Origin: Macrostomum lignano
Taxonomy: Eukaryota
Reading direction: 5' to 3'
Assembly: GCA_002269645.1 (NCBI GenBank)
Contig: NIVC01001484.1
Span: 1-64,000, forward strand
DNA length: 64,000 bases
Positions 26,908 to 40,129 of this stretch are shown here, piece after piece. The translations under genes and the position numbers were made by a program. Under the pieces are notes generated by a model. That model was not told the origin of the DNA. It saw nothing but the letters and a program-made list of their open reading frames with translations, and ran no database searches. Within the stretch, counting starts at the first letter, position 1. Every line of letters starts with the position of its first letter.

Positions 26908-29822
26908 TAGTTGCTTTTAATCAAAAAATGTTCGATTAGTCCAGGCACAAGCTAAAAATAAATGAAAATTAAAAATTTAATATATTTTTATCTCCCACGT
27001 GCATATTCTGAAGCTTGCGAATAATTTAATTATTTACAGCTCGCAGCATCAGCTCAAGAAGTTAAAGTTTAGTCTATGGCCATAGACGTATTATTATTTT
27101 TCGAGCTCTCACTGCGACAAAAATACACTAATTAGATAGGGAAAATACAGTTTTTTGAATATTTAAGACCTTTAGAAGTGAAGCAGATAAAAGAAATGTT
27201 AACCATACAATCCTTGGTTGAGTTGCAACTTTTTGGTGAAAACGCAATCAAAATTGGTCAAGAATTGCAATGTGTAGAGCGTTTTACACGGACAGACAGA
27301 CAGACATAGATTAGAGATTTAGTATATAAGAAGACTAGCAATTTAAGCCCCCCGTTGGGGGGCGCAAGAATGACGCCAAGTGGTTTTTATTTTGGCCAAT
27401 GAATAAAAACCTTACTTATTATTCAAAATCCAATCAAAACTTACTTTTTCTCATTTTTGGCAAAAATAAATTGCCATGAATCAAAAACTTCACCAGCCAA
27501 AGTTTCCTTCATCAGCCCAAAACCCTTTCTCATTCAGCAAATAGTACTTATCCTTTCAAGCACAAACTCTTAGGGCATATCATCATTGGCCTGGGCATAT
27601 TCTGGTCCGTAGCAGGAGCTCAATATGCCATAAGCCTTGATGACATCTCAATAATTTCCCGAGTAAGCCTTGACATCGCAGCAATTCCCCCAGTAAGCCT
27701 TGATATCGCAGCAATTCCCCCAATAAGCCTTGACATCGCAGCAACGCGAAGTCGAGCCTTGGCATCTACACAATTCTCCCAGCCCAGTAAGCCTTGACAT
27801 CGCAGCAATTACCCCATTAAGCATTGACATCTCAGAAATTCCCCCAGTAAGCCTTGACATCTCAGCAATTCCCCCCAGTAAGCCTTGACATCTCAGCAAT
27901 TCCCCTAAGTAAGCCATGAAATCTCAGCAATTCCCCCAGTTGCCATGAATCAAAACCTTCACCAGCCAAAGTTTCCTTCATCAGCCCAAAACCCTTTCTC
28001 ATTCAGCAAATAGTACTTATCCTTTCAAGCACAAACTCTTAGGGCATATCGTCATTGGCCTGGGCGTATTCTGGTCCGCAGCAGGAGCTCAATATGCCAT
28101 AAGCCTTGATGACATCTCAGCTATTTCCCCAGTAAGCCTTGACATCGCAGCAATTCCCCCAGTAAGCCTTGACATCGCAGCAACGCGAAGTCGAGCCTTG
28201 GCATCTACGTAATTCTCCCAGCCCATTAAGCCCCCCAGTTAATGGGCTGGGAATCCCCCCAGTAAGCCAGATAAATTTGCTGCTTCAATGCAGACTCGAA
28301 CTGCCTACCATCTGCTTAGCCTATGCCTGTTATTGCTTGTCTACAGTAATTCAGTAATTCTTGAAATTTCCTTCTAATCCCGCAAAACAGACTGCAGTCA
28401 TACTATTAACAGCCTGCAGTTATCCACTTTGCCGTCTACAACTTTCATTAATGTCAGCAAACTACAATAATTCACATCTCAGCAATACACCCAGTAAGCC
28501 TTGACATCCCAGCAATTCCCCCAGTAAGCCTTGACATCTCAGCAATTCCCCCCCCAGTAAGCCTTGACATTTCAGCAATTCCCCCAGTAAGCCTTGATAT
28601 CGCAGCAACGCGAAGTCGAGCCTTGGCATCTACGCAATTCTCCCAGCCCATTAAGCCTTGACATCTCAGAACTCCCCCAGTAAGCCTTGATATCGCAGCA
28701 ATGCCCCCAGTAAGCCTTGTCATCTCAGCAATTCCCCCCCCAGTAAGCCTTGACATCTCAGCAATACCCCCAGTAAGCCTTGACATCTCAGCAACGCGAA
28801 GTCGAGCCTTGGCATCTACGCAATTCTCCCAGCCCATTAAGCCTTGACATCTCAGAAATTCCCCCAGTCAGCCTTGACATCGCAGCAATTAAACTCGAGC
28901 CTTGGCATCTACGCAATTCTCCCAGCCCATTAAGCCTTGACATCTCAGAAATTCCCCCAGTCAGCCTTGACATCGCAGCAATTAAACTCGAGCCTTGGCA
29001 TCTACGCAATTCTCCCAGTCCAGTAAAGTAAGCCTTGACATCTCAGCAATTCCCCCCAAGTAAGCCTTGACATCTCAGCAATTCCCCCCAGTAAGCCAGA
29101 TAAATTTGCTGCTTCAATGCAGACTCGAACTGCCTACCATCTGCTTAGCCTATGCCTGTTATTGCTTGTCTACAGTAATTCAATAATTCTTGAAATTTCC
29201 TTCTAATCCCGCAAAACAGACTGCAGTCATACTATTAACAGCCTGCAGTTATCCACTTTGCCGTCTACAACTTTCATTAATGTCAGCAAACTACAATAAT
29301 TCACATCTCAGCAATACACCCAGTAAGCCTTGACATCCCAGCAATTCCCCCAGTAAGCCTTGACATCTCAGCAATTCCCCCAGTAAGCCTTGACATCTCA
29401 GCAATTCCCCCCTGTAAGCCTTGACATTTCAGCAATTCCCCCAGTAAGCCTTGACATCTCAGCAATTCCCCCAGTAAGCCTTGACATCTCAGCAATTCCC
29501 CCAGTAAGCCTTGACATCTCAGCAATTCCCCCCTGTAAGCCTTGACATTTCAGCAATTCCCCCCAGTAAGCCTTGACATTCATTAACATCAGCAAAGTAC
29601 AATAATTCACTCAGCAGCCTGCAGTTATCCCCTCAAAATCTTGCACTTAATCATTCACAGTTATTATCCGCTAAAACTCTGTAGATAGTTATCCCATCGG
29701 AAGTTTGCAGCTATACACTCATAAGTCTGGAGGAACTACCTCAGCAGTTTTTCGTTTTTCAACTTTGCAATATTTTGCACAACTCAGCTTTTAGCAATAC
29801 TTTCAGGCACTTTAACAACATC

Positions 29823-29938
29823 GGGCCAGTTCTATAAAGCCATCGTAAGATAAGATCGATCTTAGCTCCTATCTTCGCAGTGCAAAAGTTCTGACGTACG
29901 ATCGAACTTACGCTACGACAGCTTTATAGTACGACCCC
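29823..29938. mobile_element. 116-bp MITE with imperfect 18-bp TIRs and 3-bp ATC TSD (PIF/Harbinger-like)
   Basis: ATC|GGGCCAGTTCTATAAAGC...GCTTTATAGTACGACCCC|ATC (14/18 TIR match). The unit-1 homologous site (about 21333-21350, GCATCGTCTGCAATTTAGCG) has one ATC and no insert. Confidence 0.7.
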
Positions 29939-32900
29939 ATCGTCTGCATTTTAGCGATTTCTTAGACCTAGCAATAACAATTGATGGGATAACTGATAGT
30001 CGAAGCTAATTATTATTAATTAATAAAAATTGTTGCTTTTAATCAAAAAATGTTCGATTAGACCCGGCAGGAGCTACAAATAAAAGAAAATTAATTTAAT
30101 ATATTTTTATCTACCTCGTGCATACTCTGAAGCTTGCGAATAATTAATTATTTATAGCTCGTAGCATCAGCTCAAGAAGTTAAAGTTTAGTCTATGGCCA
30201 TAGACGTATTATTATTTTTCGAGCTCTCACTGCGAGAAAAATACACTAATTAGATAGGGAAAATACAGTTTTTTGAATATTTAAGACCTTTAGAAGTGAA
30301 GCAGATAAAAGAAATTTTGAACCATACAATCCTTGGCTGAGTTGCAATTTTTTGGTGAAAACGTGATCAAAATTGGTCAAGAATTGCAGTCTGTGGAGCG
30401 TTTTACACGGACATAGATTAGAGATTTAGTATATAAGAAGAAGACTAGCAATTTAAGCCCCCCGTTGGGGGGCGCAAGAATGACGCCAAGTGGTTTTTAT
30501 TTTGGCCAATGAGTAATAACCTTACTTATTATTCAAAATCCATTAATCAAAACTTACTTTTTCTCATTTTTGGCAAAAATAAATTGCCATGAATCAAAAC
30601 CTTCACCAGCCAAAGTTTCCTTCATCAGCCCAAAAGCCTTTCTCATTCAGCAAATAGTACTTATCCTTTCAAGCACAAACTCTTAGGGCATATCGTCATT
30701 GGCCTGGGCATATTCTGGTCCGCAGCAGGAGCTCAATATGCCATAAGCCTTGATGACATCTCAGCTATTTCCCCAGTAAGCCTTGACATCGCAGCAATTC
30801 CCCCAGTAAGCCTTGATATCGCAGCAATTCCCCCAATAAGCCTTGACATCGCAGCAACGCGAAGTCGAGCCTTGGCATCTACACAATTCTCCCAGCCCAG
30901 TAAGCCTTGACATCACAGCAATTACCCCATTAAGCCTTGACATCTCAGAAATTCCCCCAGTAAGCCTTGACATCTCAGCAATACCCCCAGTAAGCCTTGA
31001 CATCTCAGCAATTCCCCCCAGTAAGCCTTGACATCTCAGCAATACCCCCAGAAAGCCTTGACATCTCAGCAATTCCCCCCAGTAAGCCTTGAAATCTCAG
31101 CAATTCCCCCAGTTGCCATGAATCAAAACCTTCACCAGCCATAGTTTCCTTCGTCAGCCAAAAAAACCCTTTTTCATTCAGCAAATAGTACTTATCCTTT
31201 CAAGCACAAACTCTTAGTGCATATCGTCATTGGCCTGGGCATATTCTGGTCCGCAGCAGGAGCTCAATATGCCATAAGCCTTGATGACATCTCAGCTATT
31301 TCCCCAGTAAGCCTTGACATCGCAGCAATTCCCCCAGTAAGCCTTGACATCGCAGAAACCCCCCCCCCCCCCAGTAAGCCTTGATATCGCAGCAACGCGA
31401 AGTCGAGCCTTGGCATCTACGTAATTCTCCCAGCCCATTAAGCCTTGACATCTCAGAAATCCCCCCCAGTAAGCCTTGATATCGCAGCAATGCCCCCAGT
31501 AAGCCTTGACATCTCAGCAATTCCCCCCCAGTAAGCCTTGACATCTCAGCAATTCCCCCCAGTAAGCCTTGACATCTCAGAAATCCCCCCAGTAAGCCAG
31601 ATAAATTTGCTGCTTCAATGCAGACTCGAACTGCCTACCATCTGCTTAGCCTATGCCTGTTATTGCTTGTCTACAGTAATTCAGTAATTCTTGAAATTTC
31701 CTTCTAATCCCGCAAAACAGACTGCAGTCATACTATTAACAGCCTGCAGTTATCCACTTTGCCGTCTACAACTTTCATTAATGTCAGCAAACTACAATAA
31801 TTCACATCTCAGCAATACACCCAGTAAGCCTTGACATCTCAGCAATTCCCCCAGTAAGCCTTGACATCTCAGCAATTCCCCCCAGTAAGCCTTGACATCT
31901 CAGCAATTCCCCCAGTAAGCCTTGACATCTCAGCAATTCCCCCCCCAGTAAGCCTTGACATCTCAGCAATTCCCCCCAGTAAGCCCCAGTAATTTTTTTA
32001 TTTAATTATTTATAGCTCGTAGCATCAGCTCAAGAAGTTAAAGTTTAGTCTATGGCCATAGACGTATTATTATTTTTCGAGCTGTCACTGCGAGAAAAAT
32101 ACACTAATTAGATAGGGAAAATACAGTTTTTTGAATATTTAAGACCTTTAGAAGTGAAGCAGATAAAAGAAATTTTGAACCATACAATCCTTGGCTGAGT
32201 TGCAATTTTTTGGTGAAAACGTGATCAAAATTGGTCAAGAATTGCAGTCTGTAGAGCGTTTTACACGGACATAGATTAGAGATTTAGTATATAAGAAGAC
32301 TAGCAATTTAAGCCCCCCGTTGGGGGGCGCAAGAATGACGCCAAGTGGTTTTTATTTTGGCCAATGAGTAAAAACCTTACTTATTATTCAAAATCCATTA
32401 ATCAAAACTTACTTTTTCTCATTTTTGGCAAAAATAAATTGCCATGAATCAAAACCTTCACCAGCCAAAGTTTCCTTCATCAGCCCAAAACCCTTTCTCA
32501 TTCAGCAAATAGTACTTATCCTTTCAAGCACAAACTCTTAGGGCATATCGTCATTGGCCTGGGCATATTCTGGTCCGCAGCAGGAGCTCAATATGCCATA
32601 AGCCTTGATGACATCTCAATAATTTCCCCAGTAAGCCTTGACATCTCAGCAATTACCCCAGTAAGCCTTGACATCTCAGCAATTCCCCCAGTAAGCCCTG
32701 ACAATTCAGCAATTCCCCCAGTAAGCCTTGAAATCTCAGCAATTCCCCCAGTTAGCCTTGAAATCTCAGCAATACCCCAGTAAGCCTTGACATCTCAGCA
32801 ATTCCCCCAGTAAGCCTTGAAATCTCAGCAATTCCCCGAGTAAGCCTTGAAATCTCAGCAATACCCCCAGTAAGCCTTGACATCTCAGCAATTCCCCCAG

Positions 32901-35900
32901 TAAGCCTTGAAATCTCAGCAATTCCCCGAGTAAGCCTTGAAATCTCAGAAATTCCCCCAGTAAGCCTTGACATTTCAGCAATTCCCCCAGTAAGCCTCGA
33001 CATCGCAGCAATTACCCCATTAAGCCTTGACATCTCAGAAATTCCCCCAGTAAGCCTTGACATCGCAGCAATTAAACTCGAGCCTTGGCATCTACGCAAT
33101 TCTCCCAGTCCAGTAAGCCTCGAGATCGCAGCAATTCCCCCAGTAAGCCTTGACATCTCAGCGATACCCCCAGTAAGCCTTGTCATCTCAGCAATTCCCC
33201 CAGTTGCCATGAATCAAAACCTTCACCAGCCAAAGTTTCCTTCATCAGCCCAAAAGCCTTTCTCATTCAGCAAATAGTACTTATCCTTTCAAGCACAAGC
33301 TCTTAGTGCATATCGTCATTGGCCTGGGCATATTCTGGTCCGCAGCAGGAGCTCAATATGCCATAAGCCTTGATGACATCTCAATAATTTCCCCAGTAAG
33401 CCTTGACATCTCAGCAATTCCCCCAGTAAACCTTGACAATTCAGCAATTCCCCCCAGTAAGCCTTGAAATCTCAGTAATTCCTTTAGTAAGCCTTGACAT
33501 CTCAGAAATTCCCATTAGTAGGCCTTGACATCTCAGCAATTCCCCCAGTAAGCCAGATAAATTTGCTGCTTCAATGCAGACTCCAACTGCCGACCATCTG
33601 CTTAGCCTATGCCTGTTATTGCTTGTCTACAGTAATTCAGTAATTCTTGTAGCTTGTAGCTTCTCTTCTAATCCCGCAAAACAGAATGCAGTCATACTAT
33701 TACCAGCCTGCAGATATCCACTTTGCCGTCTACAACTTTCATTAACATCAGCAAACTACAATAATTCACTCAGCAGAATACAGTTATCCCCTCAATAAAC
33801 TTGCAATTAATCATTCACAGTTATTATCCACTAAAACTCTGTAGATAGTTATCCCATCGGCAGTTTGCAGCTATACACTTATAAGTCTGGAGGAACTACC
33901 TCAGCAGTTTTTCGTTTTTCAACTTTGCAATCTTTTGCACAACACACTTTTGCACAATCAAAAAATGTTCGATTAGTCCAGGCACAAGCTACAAATAAAA
34001 GAAAATTAATTTAATATATTTTTATCTCCCTCAAGCATACTCTGAAGCTTGCGAATAATTTAATTATTTATAGCTCGTAGCATCAGCTCAAGAAGTTAAA
34101 GTTTAGTCTATGGCCATAGACGTATTATTATTTTTCGAGCTCTCACTGCGACAAAAATACACTAATTAGATAGGGAAAATACAGTTTTTTGAATATTTAA
34201 GACCTTTAGAAGTAAAGCAGATAAAAGAAATTTTGAACCATACAATCCTTGGCTGAGTTGCAATTTTTTGGTGAAAACGCGATCAAAATTGGTCAAGAAT
34301 TGCAGTCTGTGGAGCGTTTTACACGGACATAGATTAGAGATTTAGTATATAAGACTAGCAATTTAAGCCCCCCGTTGGGGGACGCAAGAATGACGCCAAG
34401 TGGTTTTTATTTTGGCCAATGAGTAATAAACTTACTTATTATTCAAAATCCATTAATCAAAACTTACTTTTTCTCATTTTTGGCAAAAATAAATTGCCAT
34501 GAATCAAAACCTTAACCAGCCAAAGTTTCCTTCATCAGCCCAAAAGCCTTTCTCATTCAGCAAATAGTACTTATCCTTTCAAGCACAAACTCTTAGGGCA
34601 TATCGTCATTGGCCTGGGCATATTCTGGTCTGCAGCAGGAGCTCAATATGCCATAAGCCTTGATGACATCTCAATAATTTCCCCAGTAAGCCTTGACATC
34701 TCAGCAATTACCCCAGTAAGCCTTGACATCTCAGCAATTCCCCCAGTAAGCCCTGACAATTCAGCAATTCCCCCCCAGTAAGCCTTGAAATCTCAGCAAT
34801 TCCCCCAGTTAGCCTTGAAATCTCAGCAATACCCCCAGTAAGCCTTGACATCTCAGCAATTCCCCCAGTAGGCCTTGAAATCTCAGCAATTCCCCCAGTT
34901 AGCCTTGAAATCTCAGCAATACCCCAGTAAGCCTTGACATCTCAGCAATTCCCCCAGTAAGCCTTGAAATCTCAGCAATTCCCCGAGTAAGCCTTGAAAT
35001 CTCAGCAATACCCCCAGTAAGCCTTGACATCTCAGAAATTCCCCCAGTAAGCCTTGACATTTCAGCAATTCCCCCAGTAAGCCTCGACATCGCAGCAATT
35101 ACCCCATTAAGCCTTGACATCTCAGAAATTCCCCCAGTAAGCCTTGACATCGCAGCAATTAAACTCGAGCCTTGGCATCTACGCAATTCTCCCAGTCCAG
35201 TAAGCCTCGAGATCGCAGCAATTCCCCCAGTAAGCCTTGACATCGCACCAATTAAACTCCAGCCTCGACATCTATGCAATTCTCCCAGCGCAGTAATTAG
35301 CCTTGACATCCCAACAACCCAACTCCCCTCTCCCAAGAATTCAGCAATCCCCTTATAAGCCTTGATAACTCAGCAATCCCCTTATAAGCCTTGAAAACTC
35401 AGCTATTCCCCGATGAGCTTAGATATCTTAGCAAGTCTTTAATTGATGGTTGACAGCGGTTAATCTATGATTGAACCAAAACTGACCCTAAGCCTCTAAC
35501 CCTAGCCCATAAGTGAGTCTTGGCATGTTAGCAATTTCGACAATGAGCCTTGAGCCTCAGCATTAAAGTAACTTCCTCATAAGCTTTTAAATCTAAATTT
35601 CACCGGAAGCCTTGACCTGTCAGCAATTCCCCGTAGAGCCAAAGCATTTAAGTAATTCGCCCCAAGAGCATTTAATCTTAGCAATTCCTCGATGGATCAT
35701 TAATGATTGACACGACGATCGCGCTATAATTGAACCCTAAGCCTAACCCTTAACCTGCAGCAGAACTTTAGCAATTCCCCAATAAGCTTTAAAAAATTTA
35801 AGTAATTTCCCCATGAGCCTGAAAATTGAGTGACTTTTGATACCTTTTGATATCTTAGCACTTGCATTTCAACAATTTATTTCTGCAATTTCACAAATGA

Positions 35901-36077
35901 ACCTTGAAATCAAAGCAATTCTCCACAGAATGACAATTATAGCAATTCCCCTTGTGCCTTGAGATCTTATAAATCCTCCCATGAGTATTTATTGATATAT
36001 CATCATGATATATCAAATTGATATATCACAGCAATTTGCCATACCAGCATTATGCTCGTAGCAATAGTCTTAGCAGT

Positions 36078-36786
36078 CTGCAGTTTAGCAATGGTTCACC
36101 AGCAGTTTAGCAATGCTTCACCAGAAGTTTAGCAATGCTTCACCAGCAGTTTAGCAATGCTTCACCAGCAGTTTAGCTATGGTTCACCAGCAGTTTAGCA
36201 ATATAGTTTAGCAATGCAGTTTAGCAATGCAGTTTAGCAATGCTTCACCAGCAGTTTAGCAATGCTTCACCAGCAGTTTAGCAATGCTTCACCAGCAGTT
36301 TAGCAATGCTTCACCAGCAGTTTAGCTATGTTTCACCAGCAGTTTAGCAATGCAGTTTAGCAATGCTTCACCAGCAGTTTAGCAATGCAGTTTAGCAATG
36401 CTTCACCAGCAGTTTAGCAATGCAGTTTAGCAATGCTTCACCAGCAGTTTAGCAATGCAGTTTAGCAATGCTTTACCAGCAGTTTAGCAATGCTTCACCA
36501 GCAGTTTAGCAATGCTTCACCAGCAGTTTAGCAATGCTTCACCAGCAGTTTAGCAATGCTTCACCAGCAGTTTAGCAATGCTTCACCAGCAGTTTAGCAA
36601 TGCTTCACCAGCAGTTTAGCAATGCTTCACCAGCAGTTTAGCAATGCTTCACCAGAAGTTTAGCAATGCTTCACCAGCAGTTTAGCAATGGTTCACCAGC
36701 AGTTTAGCAATGCTTCACCAGCAGTTTAGCAATGCTTCACCAGCAGTTTAGCAATGCTTCACCAGCAGTTTAGCAATGCTTCACCA
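36078..36786. repeat. 22-bp minisatellite (AGTTTAGCAATGCTTCACCAGC)n with 13-bp subunits, inside unit 7
   Basis: Directly visible tandem array. Confidence 0.95.
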
Positions 36787-39700
36787 GTACTTTTTCACTC
36801 AATGAGTGTGCATATGGCTCAATAATCGAACCCATTTTTTTGCAACCCTTAATTTAAATTTGCTTTGCAATCCTCTGACAATTATTTTCTTTGGTATATA
36901 TATATATATATTCCAGATTAGCACTGCTCTCCCCAATTTAGCAGTCTGCAGTTCTACTCTCGGCCGGCTTTTCAGTCTCCTTAGCAAACTGCAATGATCC
37001 TTTTAATAGTCTAAAAAATGGCTCAGCATTTATAGTACGGCTCACTAATCAATCGGCAGTTGTTTGCGCAACTCAGAATTTAACAATACCTTCAGGAGTT
37101 TAGCCGAATAGCAAAAATAACGCAGCCACTGAGTATTTTTCTATCCGTTGTGCATATATACACCTAGTTGCGCAATACTTCAATACTTTTAAAATGCACT
37201 GGCTGATTTCTCTCAATCATGCAAAAAGCATTTTTTCGAATATTTAACTATTTATAGCTCGATTGTTCGAGCGTAGCATCAGCTCAAGAAATTGAAGTTT
37301 AGTCTATGGCCATAGACGTATTACTATTTTTTGAGCTCTCACTGCGAGAAAAATACACTAATTAGATAGGGAAAATACAGTTTTTTGAATATTTAAGACC
37401 TTTAGAAGTGAAGCAGATAAAAGAAATTTTGAACCATACAATCCTTGGCTGAGTTGCAATTTTTTGGTGAAAACGCGATCAAAATTGGTCAAGAATTGCA
37501 GTCTGTGGAGCGTTTTACACGGACATAGATTAGAGATTTAGTATATAAGAAGAAGACTAGCAATTTAAGCCCCCCGTTGGGGGGCGCAAGAATGACGCCA
37601 AGTGGTTTTTATTTTGGCCAATGAGTAATAACCTTACTTATTATTCAAAATCCAATCAAAACTTACTTTTTCAAATTTTTGGCAAAAATAAATTGCCATG
37701 AATCAAAACCTTCACCAGCCAAAGTTTCCTTCATCAGCCCAAAAGCCTTTCTCATTCAGCAAATAGTACTTATCCTTTCAAGCACAAACTCTTAGGGCAT
37801 ATCGTCATTGGCCTGGGCATATTCTGGTCCGCAGCAGGAGCTCAATATGCCATAAGCCTTGATGACATCTCAGCTATTTCCCCAGTAAGCCTTGACATCG
37901 CAGCAATTCCCCCAGTAAGCCTTGATATCGCAGCAATTCCCCCAATAAGCCTTGACATCGCAGCAACGCGAAGTCGAGCCTTGGCATCTACACAATTCTC
38001 CCAGCCCAGTAAGCCTTGACATCGCAGCAATTACCCCATTAAGCATTGACATCTCAGAAATTCCCCCAGTAAGCCTTGACATCTCAGCAATTCCCCCCAG
38101 TAAGCCTTGACATCTCAGCAATTCCCCTAAGTAAGCCATGAAATCTCAGCAATTCCCCCAGTTGCCATGAATCAAAACCTTCACCAGCCAAAGTTTCCTT
38201 CATCAGCCCAAAACCCTTTCTCATTCAGCAAATAGTACTTATCCTTTCAAGCACAAACTCTTAGTGCATATCGTCATTGGCCTGGGCGTATTCTGGTCCG
38301 CAGCAGGAGCTCAATATGCCATAAGCCTTGATGACATCTCAGCTATTTCCCCAGTAAGCCTTGACATCGCAGCAATTCCCCCAGTAAGCCTTGACATCGC
38401 AGCAACGCGAAGTCGAGCCTTGGCATCTACGTAATTCTCCCAGCCCATTAAGCCCCCCAGTTAATGGGCTGGGAATCCCCCAGTAAGCCAGATAAATTTG
38501 CTGCTTCAATGCAGACTCGAACTGCCTACCATCTGCTTAGCCTATGCCTGTTATTGCTTGTCTACAGTAATTCAGTAATTCTTGAAATTTCCTTCTAATC
38601 CCGCAAAACAGACTGCAGTCATACTATTAACAGCCTGCAGTTATCCACTTTGCCGTCTACAACTTTCATTAATGTCAGCAAACTACAATAATTCACATCT
38701 CAGCAATACACCCAGTAAGCCTTGACATCTCAGCAATTCCCCCAGTAAGCCTTGACATCTCAGCAATTCCCCCCCAGTAAGCCTTGACATTTCAGCAATT
38801 CCCCCCAGTAAGCCTTGATATCGCAGCAACGCGAAGTCGAGCCTTGGCATCTACGCAATTCTCCCAGCCCATTAAGCCTTGACATCTCAGAACTCCCCCC
38901 AGTAAGCCTTGATATCGCAGCAATGCCCCCAGTAAGCCTTGTCATCTCAGCAATTCCCCCCCCAGTAAGCCTTGACATCTCAGCAATACCCCCAGTAAGC
39001 CTTGACATCTCAGCAACGCGAAGTCGAGCCTTGGCATCTACGCAATTCTCCCAGCCCATTAAGCCTTGACATCTCAGAAATTCCCCCAGTCAGCCTTGAC
39101 ATCGCAGCAATTAAACTCGAGCCTTGGCATCTACGCAATTCTCCCAGCCCATTAAGCCTTGACATCTCAGAAATTCCCTCAGTCAGCCTTGACATCGCAG
39201 CAATTAAACTCGAGCCTTGGCATCTACGCAATTCTCCCAGTCCAGTAAAGTAAGCCTTGACATCTCAGCAATTCCCCCCAAGTAAGCCTTGACATCTCAG
39301 CAATTCCCCCCAGTAAGCCAGATAAATTTGCTGCTTCAATGCAGACTCGAACTGCCTACCATCTGCTTAGCCTATGCCTGTTATTGCTTGTCTACAGTAA
39401 TTCAATAATTCTTGAAATTTCCTTCTAATCCCGCAAAACAGACTGCAGTCATACTATTAACAGCCTGCAGTTATCCACTTTGCCGTCTACAACTTTCATT
39501 AATGTCAGCAAACTACAATAATTCACATCTCAGCAATACACCCAGTAAGCCTTGACATCCCAGCAATTCCCCCAGTAAGCCTTGACATCTCAGCAATTCC
39601 CCCAGTAAGCCTTGACATCTCAGCAATTCCCCCCTGTAAGCCTTGACATTTCAGCAATTCCCCCAGTAAGCCTTGACATCTCAGCAATACACCCAGTAAG

Positions 39701-40013
39701 CCTTGACATCTCAGCAATTCCCCCAGTAAGCCTTGACATTTCAGCAATTCCCCCCAGTAAGCCTTGACATTCATTAACATCAGCAAAGTACAATAATTCA
39801 CTCAGCAGCCTGCAGTTATCCCCTCAAAATCTTGCACTTAATCATTCACAGTTATTATCCGCTAAAACTCTGTAGATAGTTATCCCATCGGAAGTTTGCA
39901 GCTATACACTCATAAGTCTGGAGGAACTACCTCAGCAGTTTTTCGTTTTTCAACTTTGCAATATTTTGCACAACTCAGCTTTTAGCAATACTTTCAGGCA
40001 CTTTAACAACATC

Positions 40014-40129
40014 GGGCCAGTTCTATAAAGCCATCGTAAGATAAGATCGATCTTAGCTCCTATCTTCGCAGTGCAAAAGTTCTGACGTACGATCGAACTT
40101 ACGCTACGACAGCTTTATAGTACGACCCC
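40014..40129. mobile_element. Second copy of the 116-bp MITE, at the same position in unit 8
   Basis: Same sequence and ATC TSD (40011-40013, 40130-40132) as 29823-29938. Confidence 0.7.

Noticed and set aside
19791-39801. Many GGIAEMSRLT / LLRCQGLLGE ORFs
   Set aside because: Frames of the 30-bp minisatellite, broken wherever C-run length varies.
19599-40000. CRISPR-like array (about 30-bp repeats)
   Set aside because: Repeats are contiguous or separated by recurring modules, not unique spacers; no cas genes; the context is eukaryotic.
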